DNA of 64,000 nucleotides from Octopus sinensis (GCF_006345805.1 NC_043002.1:41044001-41108000); one strand, 5' to 3'. Counted from the stretch's first letter, positions 1-13,802 are shown. Notes: a model not told the origin generated them from the letters alone. Program-made: numbers and translations.

Positions 1-189
1 GGTTGAAAGACAAAGTCGGCTTCGGTGGAATTTGGACTCAGAACGGAAAGACGTAAGAAATGCCGCTGCTAAGCATTTCGCCCGGTATGCTAACGATTCT
101 GCCAGTTCGCCGCCCTACATATTATTGCTTGTTTTTTTCTGACACATTTTGCTACTTCATTTGGCATCCAATCAAGAATATTATAAGTA

Positions 190-880
190 CAACTAGGGCA
201 ACTAGAGTGTTGATTGTCCTTTCATAGTATTTGTATCCGAGTCCTGTCTGGTATATTATTATCCGCTAAGGGTGTTAGAGCCAGATGGATGTGAAGTGGG
301 GAGGGGGAAGGACTCTTTTGGAATATTCTTTTTCCATTGGAGATAATGTTAGAATCTGTAATTCTCTCGTTTGTTCTAATTTGTTTGTCACATACCCATG
401 ACGTAACGCATTCGTTTATCATTGGTGCTCATTTACTGACGGATAGTATCTCCAGAAACCAGTTGTGGAGAACATTGTCGAAGACTTTGGCTGACAATAC
501 ATGCAATGATCAAATGGTTCGTTCTCCTTCTATAGTCTTCGATTATGGCTTTATTGATAAGTAATGAAATATTCCAGTCATATAAGTCTTTGCAGGATCC
601 TTTTTGGTGTTCTGGAAATTAATTGTATTTTCCCCACGAATGCGTATTATTTGTGATATTATTACAGTTAAGTTTTGCAGGCTATAAAAACATAGAATAT
701 GCTTCTATATTTTTGAAAGTCTTTCGGAATCTTTTGAATTGAGGATTACGCTGGTTTACCCCCTACCATTCAGGCATTGAAAACCGGCTCTTTCACTATC
801 TCAAACATTCCTTCTAGCAATCTATGTATCTTTGTTAAATAACTCAGTCAGAAGTTTGGGATATTATCATGTTCTAGTGA
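190..880 (-). mobile_element. Decayed R4/Dong-type non-LTR retrotransposon reverse transcriptase fragment
   Basis: Manual minus-strand translation across stops and frameshifts gives HDNIPNF*LSYLTKIHRLL, FPEHQKG..LLINKAIIED, AKVFDNVLHNWFLEIL (444-491), IFQKSPSPSPLHIHLALTPL and TGLGYKY. These follow the order of R4/Dong RT motifs (PGPDGI..WLK, EQKG..LLIDK, KAFDSVPHSW, IFQGDSLSPL). Confidence 0.7.
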
Positions 881-922
881 TTTGTTTATACATTATGAAT
901 ATATTCTACATTAGCGCTGTTG

Positions 923-970
<48 letters not shown>

Positions 971-1165
971 TTTAGCATAGGGCCAACAGCTTCGAGGAAG
1001 GCAGTAAGACGATTGCATTGATCGCAATTTTCAACTGGTACCCCGAAAGGTTGAAAGACAAAGTCGGCTTCGGTGGAATTTGGACTCAGAACGGAAAGAC
1101 GTAAGAAATGCCGCTGCTAAGCATTTCGCCCGGTATGCTAACGATTCTGCCAGTTCGCCGCCCTA
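971..1165 (-). mobile_element. tRNA-headed SINE, family A (partial)
   Basis: Reverse complement matches the family consensus seen at 40687-40917 (gagctggcagaatcgttagc...gagttcaaattccgccgaggtcgactttgcc). Confidence 0.8.
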
Positions 1166-1318
1166 CATATTATTGCTTGTTTTTTTCTGACACATTTTGC
1201 TACTTCATTTGGCATCCAATCAAGAATATTATAAGTACAACTAGGGCAACTAGAGTGTTGATTGTCCTTTCATAGTATTTGTATCCGAGTCCTGTCTGGT
1301 ATATTATTATCCGCTAAG

Positions 1319-1359
<41 letters not shown>

Positions 1360-1742
1360 TCAAAAAAGATAGAAAAGAAAGACTCAACTGAATACCTGCA
1401 AGACATAAGTTATATCCTATTTCCGTTGATCTGACCTACCAAGATTGTCAGATGCAATATTCGTTGTTTTCAGTAATCTCGTCTGTGATGGGTCAATCAG
1501 TGCCCACATTCATCTCTAGACATATTCTGCTTCCCTTGCCCTTGGTACTGTCTTCATTTTTATTTCATTTTCACCCATTTTTTTTAATGAAGTCATTTTG
1601 GATTAAAGTTGCGCTGTTCGATATATTTAAAAAGTCACTGTCACTTTCAGGTCGACGAATTCGTTGTGTTTTGAATTTCTGGTCAGAAGCAGTTTGATTT
1701 TGTTTGGAGTAATTTTTTTTTAACTCTGTTGTAATACCGTTG

Positions 1743-1818
<76 letters not shown>

Positions 1819-2229
1819 GTCTTTGTCTGTGTGTCTGTCTATATGTCTCTTTCTCTCTCTCCCTCTCTCTCTCTCTCCTCTTAAGTTGTTTTTCGGTTTG
1901 GTTATTGATTTTATTAAACATTGAGATATCTTTTCACTTAATTCATATCTCATTTTTCCTGTATGGTTGTTTTTTCGTGTTGTTTCTATGTATGAATTTT
2001 CGATATTTCTTTATGAATAGATTCTTGTTGTTGTTATTATTATTCTGCGCGCATAAGCCAAAGCAGGGTATTGTAATCACACGTCTTTGTCTGTGAGTTT
2101 GTAAAATTACCGGAAAACGGCTGAACGGATTTTCACCACATTTGACAGAAATACTCATTTGGTGAGTGGCTGGAAATGATGAACATTTGGTTTGACTATC
2201 TTAAAAAAACCCCCAAAAAACTAACAGAA

Positions 2230-2684
2230 AATCGAACTTACAAATTTCCTGATAAGCAAGTGGGCATATTGTTTTGTTCACTTTCTTTTCCATATGAATC
2301 TACCCTCATCCGCGTGTGTATAGATCGTGGTGTACCTGCGTGCGTAGACACGTGTGTGTACATACATACATATGCGACTCTGTGTGTGTGTGTGTGTGTG
2401 TGTATGTACAGTGACGAGTTCGAGGGTTTCGTTTATTTACGACTTGATTTCTTAATTTCACCTGAATATATATAAAAAATTTTTTAATCGAACTTACAAA
2501 TTTCCTGATAAGCAAGATGTCATTATTTTGTGCACTTTCTTTATCATATCAATCGACCCTCGTCTGTATGTGTATCGATCATGGTGTACCTACGTGCGTA
2601 GATACGTGTGCGTACATCCATCCATCCACTCATCCATCCATCTATACATACATACATACATACATACATACATACATACATACA

Positions 2685-2715
<31 letters not shown>

Positions 2716-2795
2716 GCGACTGTGTGTGAGCAGTGATGGATTCGATGGTTTCATTTATTTACGAGTTGATTCCTTAATTTTACCGGACTATAAAT
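2230..2795. repeat. Old, diverged tandem duplication (2230-2475 and 2486-2795)
   Basis: Both units start aatcgaacttacaaatttcctgataagcaag and stay collinear, with different microsatellite expansions inside. Confidence 0.8.
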
Positions 2796-3038
2796 ACCTA
2801 TAATGGGTAAGCAACGAATTGTAAGCCATACTATAATTTGCGGAAAAAATTGCATCACCCTTCCGATGCCTTTTTTCGTTATTATTGTTGTTGTTGCTGT
2901 TGTTGTTTTCATGAGTAATATTGCACATTTATCTATGGCAAATTCCTATATCTCTGCTGAAGAGTTTTATAGTCTGTATTAAGGAATCTCTTTTTTATTC
3001 TTACAAAAAAGTTTCAGATCATGCATGTAGAGCAAATG

Positions 3039-3083
<45 letters not shown>

Positions 3084-3108
3084 GTTGTTGTTGTTATTAT
3101 TATTATTA

Positions 3109-3156
<48 letters not shown>

Positions 3157-3169
3157 CATTATTATCTAT

Positions 3170-3375
3170 GAGCTGGCAGAATCGTTAGCATGCTGGACAA
3201 TATGCTTAACAGCATTTCATCTTTACGTTCTGTGTTCAAATTCCGCAGAGGTTGACTTTACCTTCCATCATTTTCGAGGTCGATAATATAAGTAGCAGTT
3301 TAGCATCGGGGTCAATGCAATCGACTTCTACCTCCTCTCGATATTGCTGGCCTTGTGCCAAAATTAGTAACCATG
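3170..3375 (+). mobile_element. tRNA-headed SINE, family A
   Basis: A-box-like tggcagaatcgtta, B-box-like gttcaaattcc, and the family body; follows a (TAT)n run. Confidence 0.8.
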
Positions 3376-3741
3376 ATTATTATTCTCGATTATTGATTAT
3401 TGTCTTCTACACGAATGTCACGTATCGCTTGTGCTTCTGAAGTTTTTTCTGTTGAAAATCCATTGTCTATAACTGGCTGAAATATTTTAGTATCTTATTA
3501 CTAGTTATTTTGTTAGTAAGATTGGCGAGGAGCGAGAAGAGCTGGTCAGTTTCCCCACCACCACTACTACCAACGCACACACTGTAGGTAGATGAGATTG
3601 TAAAACTGTTTTGGCTTGAAATTGAATAAAAAGAACATAGTGTCGATCGTGTTGCCACCAAACAAGCACTCATATTCGATGCTTTTAAAAAACCAGCCAC
3701 CAAAAACCAAGTAAAACACTAAACAAAATTTATACACTAGA

Positions 3742-3999
3742 CAAACGGTTCTCAACCGGGGTCCACATGACCCTTGGGGCGGAGGAGCCATATAAGATTT
3801 TGTTGTTAAAATTCATGTGCAATAATTTGGCTATATTTCTACAATACACAAAATACTAGCATCTTTTAAAATTCCTACTAATATATAATTATAAGAATAT
3901 ACTACGATTATTTTATATACAGTGAATGGCTATGGATGCCCAGTCGAGTAATATAGGAATCAAAAGGGTCTCTAGGCAAAAAATGGTTGAGAACCATTG
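3742..3999. mobile_element. hAT (Charlie-like) MITE
   Basis: Terminal inverted repeats ggttctcaacc / ggttgagaaccattg. Confidence 0.65.
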
Positions 4000-4199
4000 T
4001 CCTAGATTATGATTTCAATTCCCTTTTTTGCGTCAGACATCTCAAAAGTAAAAGGGAAATTCAAAAATCTAAAATCTTTAGGGTCAGAAAAAATCCAAAT
4101 CATATACCTAAAACATCTGGGACTTGAAGGACTTACTATATTCACTAATATCAACAACTTTTTTTTACTTCAATTATCAAATTTACAGGTTCTGGAAAC

Positions 4200-4620
4200 T
4201 GGACAAAATTGCAAAAACTAAGAGAAGTAACGTCATACAGAGCCATCAGCTTCCGATGCTTCCTCAGAATTTCTGGAAAGGCTTATCACCGACATCGCGA
4301 ATCTACATTTTCCTTTTCTCAAATCACAGCGCATTCATATTTCTACTCTCAATTATCTCATTATTCATACATCTAACTGAAAATATATGATCGTTTCAAC
4401 GAAAATCTTGCAGACGTACGATTGCAATTAGTACAGACATCAGCAAAATTACCAAATCCATTTGTTACTTTCTAGTCATACGAAAGATATTCATCGCCAC
4501 CTTCAGAAACAATACAAATAATTGACTTGTATACTACCTGTCAAGTAGCCAAGATTATTAGTTAGATGGTCTAGTGAAATTACCATTATCGAGCAGATTA
4601 AAGCATTGTATTTGGCATGA
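4200..4620 (+). mobile_element. Decayed LINE reverse transcriptase fragment (I/Jockey/Loa group-like)
   Basis: Broken frames read TSYRAIS, SEFLERLIT, HLTENI and RTIAISTDISK, resembling YRPIS..KLLERL..DxSKAFD. Confidence 0.5.
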
Positions 4621-5087
4621 AGTTCCCAAAGAGTTTGTTAGCAAATATCAGTCAAGGAACGTTTAGAAATTTTAAAAATTATCCATTTAAAAATTATTTA
4701 AAAGACTAGCATACCCGTGTCGTCAAAAATGCCGACTATTGTTAATGATAAAATATAGCACATCGAAACCATGGGAGAAACCATTTATAAATGTCGGTAA
4801 TTGAGTAAATGTATGCACATACACAGAATTGAGGCTTTTGAACAATCAGATACGGTTGTAACGTCTTGGTTGAAGATATTATCATCCATGTAACACACAC
4901 ACATGTACATCCATCCATCCATCCATCCATCCATCCATCCATCCATCCATACATACATACATACATACATACATACGTACGTACGTACATACATACATAC
5001 ATACATACATACATACATACATACATACATACATACATACGTACATACATACGTACATACATACATATGTATATATATATATATATA

Positions 5088-5287
5088 CGATGGGGGTGCT
5101 GAAAAGCTCCTGGCTTTAAGGGTATCGTGAAAGGCCAGTTTGGAGGCCCAACTTTCCGGGTTCTTTTAAAGGGCTAAGAAAAACTAAAGGACCGCTGCAA
5201 TAAGTGTGTGAATGAGTTGAATAAAATCGTAATTAACAAATCCTCCTGTATTTTCTTTTACCCAAAGCCAGGAACTTTTCAGCACCC

Positions 5288-5288
<1 letters not shown>
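5088..5288 (+). mobile_element. mariner-derived MITE
   Basis: Inverted ends gtgctgaaaagctcctggcttt / aaagccaggaacttttcagcac, with TA at the left end. The interior resembles a transposase C-terminus (KLKDRCNKCVN). Confidence 0.75.
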
Positions 5289-5336
<48 letters not shown>

Positions 5337-5726
5337 ATTCACTTTTCCATGCTCGCATGGATCAGATTTCCTTTTTTATAGCCGGATGCCATTTCCGTCG
5401 CCAACCCTCACCTGCTTCCAAGTAAGATAATATTTCACCATTCCCAGACACGATTAGCTTATTTCAAACAAATAATCCCTATCCCAACAGCTATCGTTTC
5501 TAAGTAAGTATTCTATATTGTTTTATGATATCTCTGTCACCAACACACAATTTGTTGTGTTCTACTAGAGTACATTTGCACTTACAAAGTAGTGAATTGT
5601 CCAGATTTGCTTTAATACACTTTCAGTCGGAACAGTCTCCTTTGAAGAAACAGCTGATCACCTTCCTGTGCGCTTTGAAAACCTACAGAATTGTTGCTCT
5701 GAATGGTTCCCGAGATTCTGGTATCT

Positions 5727-6128
5727 TATTTCTTTATTTCTTTATTGCCCACAAGGGGCTAAACATAGCGGGGACAAATAAGGACAGACAAAGTGATTAA
5801 GTCGATTACATCTACCCCAGTACGAAACTGGTACTTAATTTAACGACCCCGAAAGGATGAAAGGCAAAGTCGACCTCGGCGGAATTTGAATCCAGAACGT
5901 AATGGCAGATGAAATACCTATTTCTTTGCTACCCACAAGAGGCTAAACACAGAGAGGACAAACAAGGATTAATTCGATTACATCGACCCCAGTGTGTAAC
6001 TGGTACTTAATTTATCGACCCCGAAAGGATGAAAGGCAAAGTCGACCTCGGCGGAATTTGAACTCAGAACGTAACGGCAGACGAAATACGGCTAAGCATT
6101 TCGCCCGGCGTGCTAACGTTTCTGCCTT
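5727..6128 (-). mobile_element. Dimeric SINE, family A
   Basis: Two head-to-tail units joined at gaaatacctatttc (5911-5924). Confidence 0.85.
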
Positions 6129-6169
6129 AGTCCATGGAAAATCATCTAGAGAAAGAACCAGCCACCAGT

Positions 6170-6690
6170 CATGTATGTGTGTTGGTTATTCACAACCTTC
6201 TCTGGTATACTATGCGCCGGACCAGCTGAACTAGCGCATTACCGGTGGATGACCGTCTGTCCATTTGCACGATTTTTCTGGTTGAGCTTAACGGACAGTT
6301 TTTTCTTTATATATACAACATAGCAATCAGTCACTCAAACAACTTGAAAGGGTCATTATCAATAACACACAACTAAACAAGATGACTGATCAGTACATGA
6401 ATATCACTGTGATGTCTTCATAGACTTTCTCTGCCAACTGAAATAACTTCATTGAAGGCAAAGGTAATATTGTGACTTGAAAATACTTGGACACAGTTAA
6501 TTAGTTAATTCTCGTTTATGTTAGCTTTCCCAAGTTTGTACAAATGGCAGTGATTTTTTTCTTTTTTGAAGCTTGTAATTCTTGTCCATTCCAAAGGTCT
6601 CTTAGCAGTCATCAACAAGTTGTGTCACAATCAAATCATAAACTGTGCCTCTGCCAGGATGACTACAACATGTGGTTTGTTGATATTTCA
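6170..6690 (-). mobile_element. Possible decayed DNA-transposon coding remnant (Academ/XPG-domain-like)
   Basis: Broken frames give CVIDNDPFKLF and PAHSI..GCE, loosely like the DTDV and HAxSGCD motifs. The resemblance is weak. Confidence 0.25.
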
Positions 6691-8206
6691 GACCAGTAGC
6701 GGAGCTGGAGGGGTGGGAGGGCGATGGGGCGATGGGGGTGATGGGACGATGGGGGCGACGGGAGTCGAGGAGGTGCGGGGTCAACATGGGGGAGAAGGGC
6801 ATTTCGCTCCGCACAACATTTTTATGGAGGCTGCAGTTTCGGGTTTGTTGTATATCGGCTGTATTGAAATAAAAGTGTTTTAAATCTCAGGGCATTTAGA
6901 CTTTAAGAGAGAATCACTGAGCAAAATGTATTTTTTACAGGGGACCGGAGTCTGGGAACTCAAGGGGCAACCCTGGGGCAGTTACATATTCTCGCTACCC
7001 TTTCTGATTTCAGAGGTGCTTGATCATTATTTCTTGCAGGTTCGTGTTGATACGATTGTGTTGATATTCCTTCATTAACTCTCGAACGTTATATTATTAA
7101 GTGATGTTCTGTATTGTTAGTTCAACTAACAACTGGTTAAACTTTACCTTTGACCCATCACCTTCTCTTTGGAATCGATTAAATACCTAACAGTAATTTC
7201 CTAGATCGATTCCACTAACTACAAAATTTGGCTTTGAGAGCTTAGCTGAGAAAAATTAATTTATTTGCTTAAGATGAACGTTAATCTCTTAGCAATCACG
7301 TGATCATTGCAAATACCTCGATAGATCTAGACTAAATGTATACAGTTAAACCTCAGCCATAAAAACAAGAGTGAACTTAATTCCTGGTGTTTAACGTTTT
7401 CGATGAAATAATTTATGTCCTGTCCCAGTCAAAACCTTTCGTGCACAGGATCAATAAATAGTAGATGTAATACTCTTGTCGTAAAATCCAGCAGATATTC
7501 AAAATATTGCTTTTACGTGTCCTCCTTTAGCTTAATACTTTTCTTTATCAGTTAAGTATTATTTATGAAGTGCTGGCCATTTCTGAAAGCAGATGTTTGA
7601 TCCAGCATTAGTGTTTGAGGAGCGGGAATAAACAGGGCTGACAACGGTCTTTGCTGAAATTTATGGTATATTAGGCACAATTACATTGGCCTATTTAGAA
7701 TAACGCGCCGGGAATTTGTATGTGTGTGTGTGTGTGTGTTAGTACACCCACTATCACGCAGTAGTTAGGAAGTTCGTGCTTCGCAATCATGGAGTCTCGC
7801 GTTCGATCCCGCTGCGCAGCATTTTGGGCAAGTGTTATTTTCAATAGTCTTGAGTTGACCCAAACTTAGTGAGCTAAAAATGAGCAGACAGAAACTGTGT
7901 AGAAGCCCATCTGATGTATTTTACTTAAAGTCAAAGATCCAGCCTTTATACAGTATGTCTTGTTGAGTCTGCCTGAGAATTACATTAAGAGAACCAAAGT
8001 CTGTGGAATACTCAGCCACTTGTACACGAATTCAATTAACTTCACAGTTCAGATAATGGAATAACTGAAAACTCATAGTTGGAAATTTTTATCGCAAACA
8101 ATTGCATACATATACATGTGTGTGTTTGTATGTGTGTATGTGCCTGTGTATGTATCTATGTTTGTGTGTATGCGCGTGTATGTGTTTGTGTGTGTGTGTG
8201 TGTGTG

Positions 8207-8587
8207 TGGAGGGGTGCAATGGCCTAGTGGTCAGGGCAGCGGACTCGCAGTCGTAGGATCGCGGTTTCGATTCCCAGACCGGGCGTTGTGCATGTTTATT
8301 GAGCGAATGTAACTAAAGCTCCACGTGGTTTCACAGTGGGTGGTGTTGAACTCTGCTGTACTCTTTCACCACAATTTTCTGTCACTCTTTCTTCCTATTT
8401 CTGTTGTACCTGTATTTCAAAGGGCCAGCCTTGTCACACTCTGTGTCACGCTGAATCTCCCCGAGAACTACATTAACATTACACGTGTCTGTGGAGTGCT
8501 CAGCCACTTGCACATTAATTTCACGAGAAGGCTGTTCCGTTGATCGGATCAACTGGAACCCTCGTCGTCGTAACCGACGGAGTGCCA
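8207..8587 (+). mobile_element. tRNA-headed SINE, family B
   Basis: A box tggcctagtgg, B box ggtttcgattccc; body collinear with 43655-44029. Confidence 0.85.
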
Positions 8588-9084
8588 CGAAATGTGTGTG
8601 CGTGTATGTATCTGTGTTTGTGTGTATGCATTTGTCTGTGAGTGTGTGAGTGTGTGTGTGTGCGAGCGCTATGAACTGCAAGTAATACACTAACCCACTG
8701 ATTGGTGGGCATTCTCGAATTTACAGTATGTATAGATCATCCGAGAAATTTAACCTAAACGGATTCCTATCTTTCTCACCTGACATTCTGTGAGCCAGGT
8801 TGTCTGTATGAAGTGCCGACCAAGGTATTCGCGTGGATTTCTTCAATTTCTACTTTCTATCCCTACATAATATAACTGTGTGTTTATGCATGTCTGAAAC
8901 ATATAATACAATATAATACAGGGTGGGCCAAAAGTCACGCACAAGATAATTTCAATACGCTCTGGAATTGTAAAAGACGTGCTTAAATTTTTTTTAAATT
9001 GAATAAAATAGATAAAATAATTATGAATACACACGTATTGTACATGAACAAAATGAGGAACATAGAGAGGAAGTCTGCTATAAA

Positions 9085-9290
9085 GGTATAAAAACCCGCG
9101 AATCCTGATATCAACTGGAAACTTCATCGATTGGCTTTACCTAAGAAGAGCTGAAGGAGGCAAAAGCCTGAGATCAGTGCAGTCAGCCTTCGAATGTCAT
9201 ATTGTGTTTCTCACACAGCACCTTCTTAATTCGCCCATTACAAATACAATCTGTAAAGAGAACTGTAAAAATATGCAAGACTTTTCTTAA
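9085..9290 (+). mobile_element. Internally deleted R4/Dong fragment (RT thumb joined to C-terminal end)
   Basis: ISTGNF..ID(W)LYLRRAEGGKSLRSVQSAFE is followed by LQIQSVKRTVKICKTFLK. Confidence 0.65.
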
Positions 9291-10909
9291 GTCTAAAGTC
9301 CGGGTGCCAGTCAGGCGGCACTGGCATTGGCCACGCTCGAATGGTGCTTTTTACATGCCACCGGCTACATACAAAACGGAGCGTTGTATCTTTGTTAGAA
9401 ACCTGCTCCTTTCTCAGAGAATGGTTTCAAATAAAAAGAGAATATACATACATACATACATACATACATACATACATACATACATACATACACGCATGCA
9501 CGAATGCATACATACATACATACATACACGCACGCGCGTATGCAGCACACACGCACACTCACACCCATGCTCACACATACATAAACACATACATTCATAC
9601 ATTCATACATACATACATACAAAATACATACATACATTCACAAGAGAGAAGATGAGGCAGAAGCGAGTAGCATGCTAGATAGAGAAACTAGATAGAAATC
9701 TAAAGAACAAAATAAAGAGTAAAACAATTGTGTTATTTTATTGAGTGTAATGAAAACAAAACGTATACACACACACACAAAACGAATAGACACACACACA
9801 CACAAAACGAATAGACACACACACACAAACACAAACACATGCACACACACACACACACACGCATACACACACAGACTGACACACACACAGAAAATAACTT
9901 GTCAAAGTTAACGGACGACTTTGCGACTTTAAAAGTTTGAGGAGCAATAATTTGAAAAAACTTAAAAGGTCTGTAGTAAAAATCATATACATAACCTATA
10001 ATCATGGTCGAAGAAAAACCGCATAAAAGTTATAAAAGACGTATAAAAATAGCATAAAAATCGAGCGCTATAGTCGGAATGAATCAATAAATTGAAGTTA
10101 GAACGAGGAGCTATCTATCCAACACGGCCAACATAGTAATGATAATAGCTGTAACAATGTACAGTAGCAAGAAGAGACTTAGAAAAAAAAAAGTTGAAAA
10201 ATGTCTGCAGTAGTTCAATAATTCATACTTTCGGTTTAAAACTGAATTGCCTTGAAAATGGGATAAAGTATTTCTCACTTAAACATAACGGAGAACTTAT
10301 GGAATGACAGTTACCAATATTATAATTATTACCCTGTACCAATGCACAGAGATTCGTTTTATTCAACTTTATTTCACTCGTTATTAATGTTTATGCTGCT
10401 TTTCGTCAATGGTCAATCGTATTATCCAATAGATTCCATTTATTTTGAAATGTCATTATGCCCACGGTCCAATCAGCTTTAAATTTGTGTTTGAATATTG
10501 TCAAGTAATACGCCTTGATACCATTTACAAAATTTACAAACCATTGTTCTCTCTGACGATCGGTTACATGAAACTTGGAGTAAGTGCTCGTGAAGATATT
10601 CAACTTCAATAAAACACTATGACATTACACACACACACACGCACGCACGCACGCACATTAATATATTTATATATTCCACCCTTTAATATAAGAAGACGAA
10701 GATTAAACTTTAGCACAACTTTAATATTTTAATAATTGTTACAATTGTTTCTGTACCATTCCATTTTTATTCACGCTGAATGTAAAAGATTCCGAGTGAA
10801 AAATTACGAGATATGTATGACTGAACATGTCAGAATGGCACTTTATCGTGCCTGCGTTAAATCGTGCATCTTTATGTATTTGGCGTTGCTTATATAGGAC
10901 GGCTGAAAG

Positions 10910-11120
10910 TGCGTGCTTAGTGGTTTGGCTGTTGCATTCATGATCACTGGTTTCGATTCCTGGAGCGGGTGATGCGTTGTGTTCTTGTGCATAACACTTC
11001 GTTTCACGTTGGTTCAGTTCACTCAGCTGACAGAAATGAGTAATCATGCAACGGACGGACATATATATATATGTCACAGAATCCAGAAAACCGACCTTAT
11101 GAGCCTCTGACTCATGAAAG
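10910..11120 (+). mobile_element. Diverged SINE, family C
   Basis: gtgcttagtggtt...ggtttcgattcctgg...gttcttgtgcataacacttc is collinear with 13544-13802. Confidence 0.7.
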
Positions 11121-11944
11121 ACTTTTGATCTTTTGGGTCCTAAATACGGGAAGAAACAGAGCAATGAGCAGGAAAAAATGTAAAAGGATAAAAGTAACAA
11201 TAACAACCACAATGATGATGATGATGATGTCGACGAAGACGACGAGGACAACGACGACGATGATAACGATGATGATGACAATGACGATGATGATGACTGA
11301 CGATGATGATGACAATGAAATGAGGGCAATGATGATGATGACGGCGACGATGATGATGTTAGCCACGGTAATAATTGGGATGAGAAAAGAATATCTAAAT
11401 ATATGCTAGGGTGAAACCACAGGAGTTTGGAGGACAGGGGTGTGACAGGTGAAGGGAGTGATTACTAGCAATAAGATTCTAGGGTAAACTGTCGAGGGAT
11501 ACAGGAGTGATAACGATAAAATTATCATGAAACGATTTGTTGCCTGATATTCAATCCAGTGAAGCCTGTTAAAGTAGACCGGAAGAGAATAGACACATAC
11601 ACCAAAAACATATGTAAGTCACCCTTGGTTCATATGTTAAAAATAGGAATGAGGTAAATAAATGAGAAAATAAAAATGTAAATGTAAGAAACGAAATGAA
11701 AACGGAAAAAGAATAGTCATTGGAATGAATGGACTTATAAATATAATAAAATAAAATGTTAACATGCTGAAGTGTTAAGTGAACAAACACCTTATACGTT
11801 AGCTAATTAATAAGTTAGTTAATTAAAACTTCTGCATCGAAAAGCAGAGTTAATAATGCAACTATCTGAATGACGGAAATGAAGGAAATGAGAGATTCAC
11901 AGGTGGCCTGTGTAGTAGGCTATAGTGCAACAAAAGTGTAAGTA

Positions 11945-12498
11945 TTGGGTTGTCCGGAAAGTTCGTGCCGATTTATAGTAGCTTACCTGTCGACTTATTT
12001 TAGAACATGGTTGAGTCCATAAAATAGGATTTGACTACACCTCCATTTAGAGCACAGTTTAAGCTATCTTTTCGTGGAAGAGGGTTTATGTTCCTATAAC
12101 CTGTGGTAATTTTGCAACCCTTTAAAATGGAAAATAAGAAAGTTCATTTTCGGCACTTGATGCTTTGGGAACCAGACAAATGTTGCTGCAGCTCGGCTGG
12201 GATATGTTACCCCACCCTCCATATTCACCAGATGTTGTTCCTTCGGATTTCCACTTATTCAGGTCTCTGCAGAATAGTCTTAATGGTAAAAATTTCAATT
12301 CCTTGGATGACGTAAAAAGATACCTTGCCATGAAAGCACCTCGATTCTGGGAAGTGGGTATTTTTAAGTTAAAGGAACGGTGGAGACGCATTGTGCAACT
12401 AAATGGTTCATATTTGGTTGATTAAAAATGTAATGGTAAGTATTTATTGACCTTTTTCTTTCTTTTAAAAACTGGCACGAACTTTCCGGATAACCCAA
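11945..12498 (+). mobile_element. Internally deleted mariner (mellifera-subfamily-like), non-autonomous
   Basis: TIRs ttgggttgtccggaaagttcgtgcc / ggcacgaactttccggataacccaa with TA on both flanks. The N-terminus MENKKVHFRHLML is fused to the C-terminus LPHPPYSPDVVPSDFHLFRSLQNSLNGK...NGSYLVD. Confidence 0.92.
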
Positions 12499-12581
12499 TA
12501 TCTGATATAAGTTTAAAGTGTCAATCGGACAATGAATGATGAGGAACAACATCACTGCTATTACAAAACACGTTTGAGGTA

Positions 12582-13496
12582 CGAAGTGGTATCAAAAAGT
12601 TCCCGGACTTGTTATGTTTAATAAAAAAAAACTTATTTACCTAAGTTTTAACATAATCTCCTTCAAAATAGTTGTCTTGCACAGCAATACACCGGTCCCA
12701 GCTCCTTGCCATTTTTGGAATATGGCCTGAAAGTCGTTTACTGTACCTTCTGCGATTTGCTCGGGATTTTTACAACGGTGTTAAAACGGTGACCTCTGAG
12801 CTGCATTTTCCGCTTGGGGAAGAGGTAGAAGTCCACAGGTGGTAAATCTAGCGAATAGGGTGGGTGCGGAAGCGATGGCATGTTGTTTTTGGTAAGAAAC
12901 TCATGAGTGTGGAGAGCTCGGTGACAGGGTGCATTATCGTTGTGAAGAATTCAATTCTTCGATCTCTACTGATCCGGCCGCTTTCGCCGAATGACCGCCC
13001 TCAAACGCTTCAAAACGTCACAGTAGAACTTTCGATTGACGATTTGGCTCTGGGGTACGAATTCTCGATGCTAAATACCGTGGATGTCGAAAAAAAAAAC
13101 GATGAACATGCTCTTGGTTGAGCTGCGACTCTCGTGCCTTCTTTGGTCGTGGAGATGAAGGCCCCTTTCATTGTGACGACTGCTGCTACGTCTCAGGATC
13201 GTACCTATAAACCCAACTCTCGTCATCGGTGATGATCCTCAACATGAAGGATGCGCCATCAGCGGCACGCTGACAGTAATCTTAGCAGATTTGATGTGAT
13301 GTCCATGACAAAATCGCTGACTACAGTATATACATGATTACAAAATCACAAATTCCACAGCTTACGAAGTAAAGTGATGTCACTTGGCACACTGCCTCAT
13401 TAAGACATCTACAAGCTCTCACTACACACGCCAGCGTGTGCTGCCATCTGTCGGCGCGCTACAGAACTAGTCTGAGGACTTTTTGATACCACTTCG
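12582..13496 (-). mobile_element. mariner (DD34D) remnant lacking the N-terminal half of the transposase
   Basis: TIRs cgaagtggtatcaaaaagt at both ends with TA flanks. The minus strand reads ITDDESWVYRYDPET, LHNDNAPCH and LPHPPYSLDLPPVDFYLFP, with stops. Confidence 0.9.
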
Positions 13497-13543
13497 TATA
13501 TTGAACTAAAGATTAACATTTATTTACACTATGTACACAGATT

Positions 13544-13802
13544 GTGGAGGCGCGTGGCTTAGTGGTTAGGGTGTCAGCATCATGATCGTAAGATTGTGGT
13601 TTCTTTTCCTGGACCGGGCGACGCGTTACGTTCTTGAGCAAAACACTTCATATCACATTGCTCCAGTCCACTCAGCTGGCAAAAATGAGTAACGCTGCGA
13701 TGGACTGGCGTCCCGTCCAGCTAGGGAACACATACGCCATAGAAACCGGGAAACCGGGCCCATGAGCCTGGCTAGGCTTTAAAAGGGCACATTTATTTAT
13801 TT
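13544..13802 (+). mobile_element. tRNA-headed SINE, family C (CORE-like central domain), with target-site duplication
   Basis: A box tggcttagtgg and central ttgagcaaaacacttc...ctccagtccactcagctg. A 14-bp TSD tatgtacac(a/g)gatt lies at 13530-13543 and 13803-13816. Confidence 0.88.

Larger units (their letters stand above)
1..1321. repeat. Near-identical direct duplication: 1-273 repeated at 1049-1321
   Basis: The SINE fragment plus the 3' part of the RT remnant is repeated at a 1048-bp offset. The second copy ends at a (TA)n run. Confidence 0.9.
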
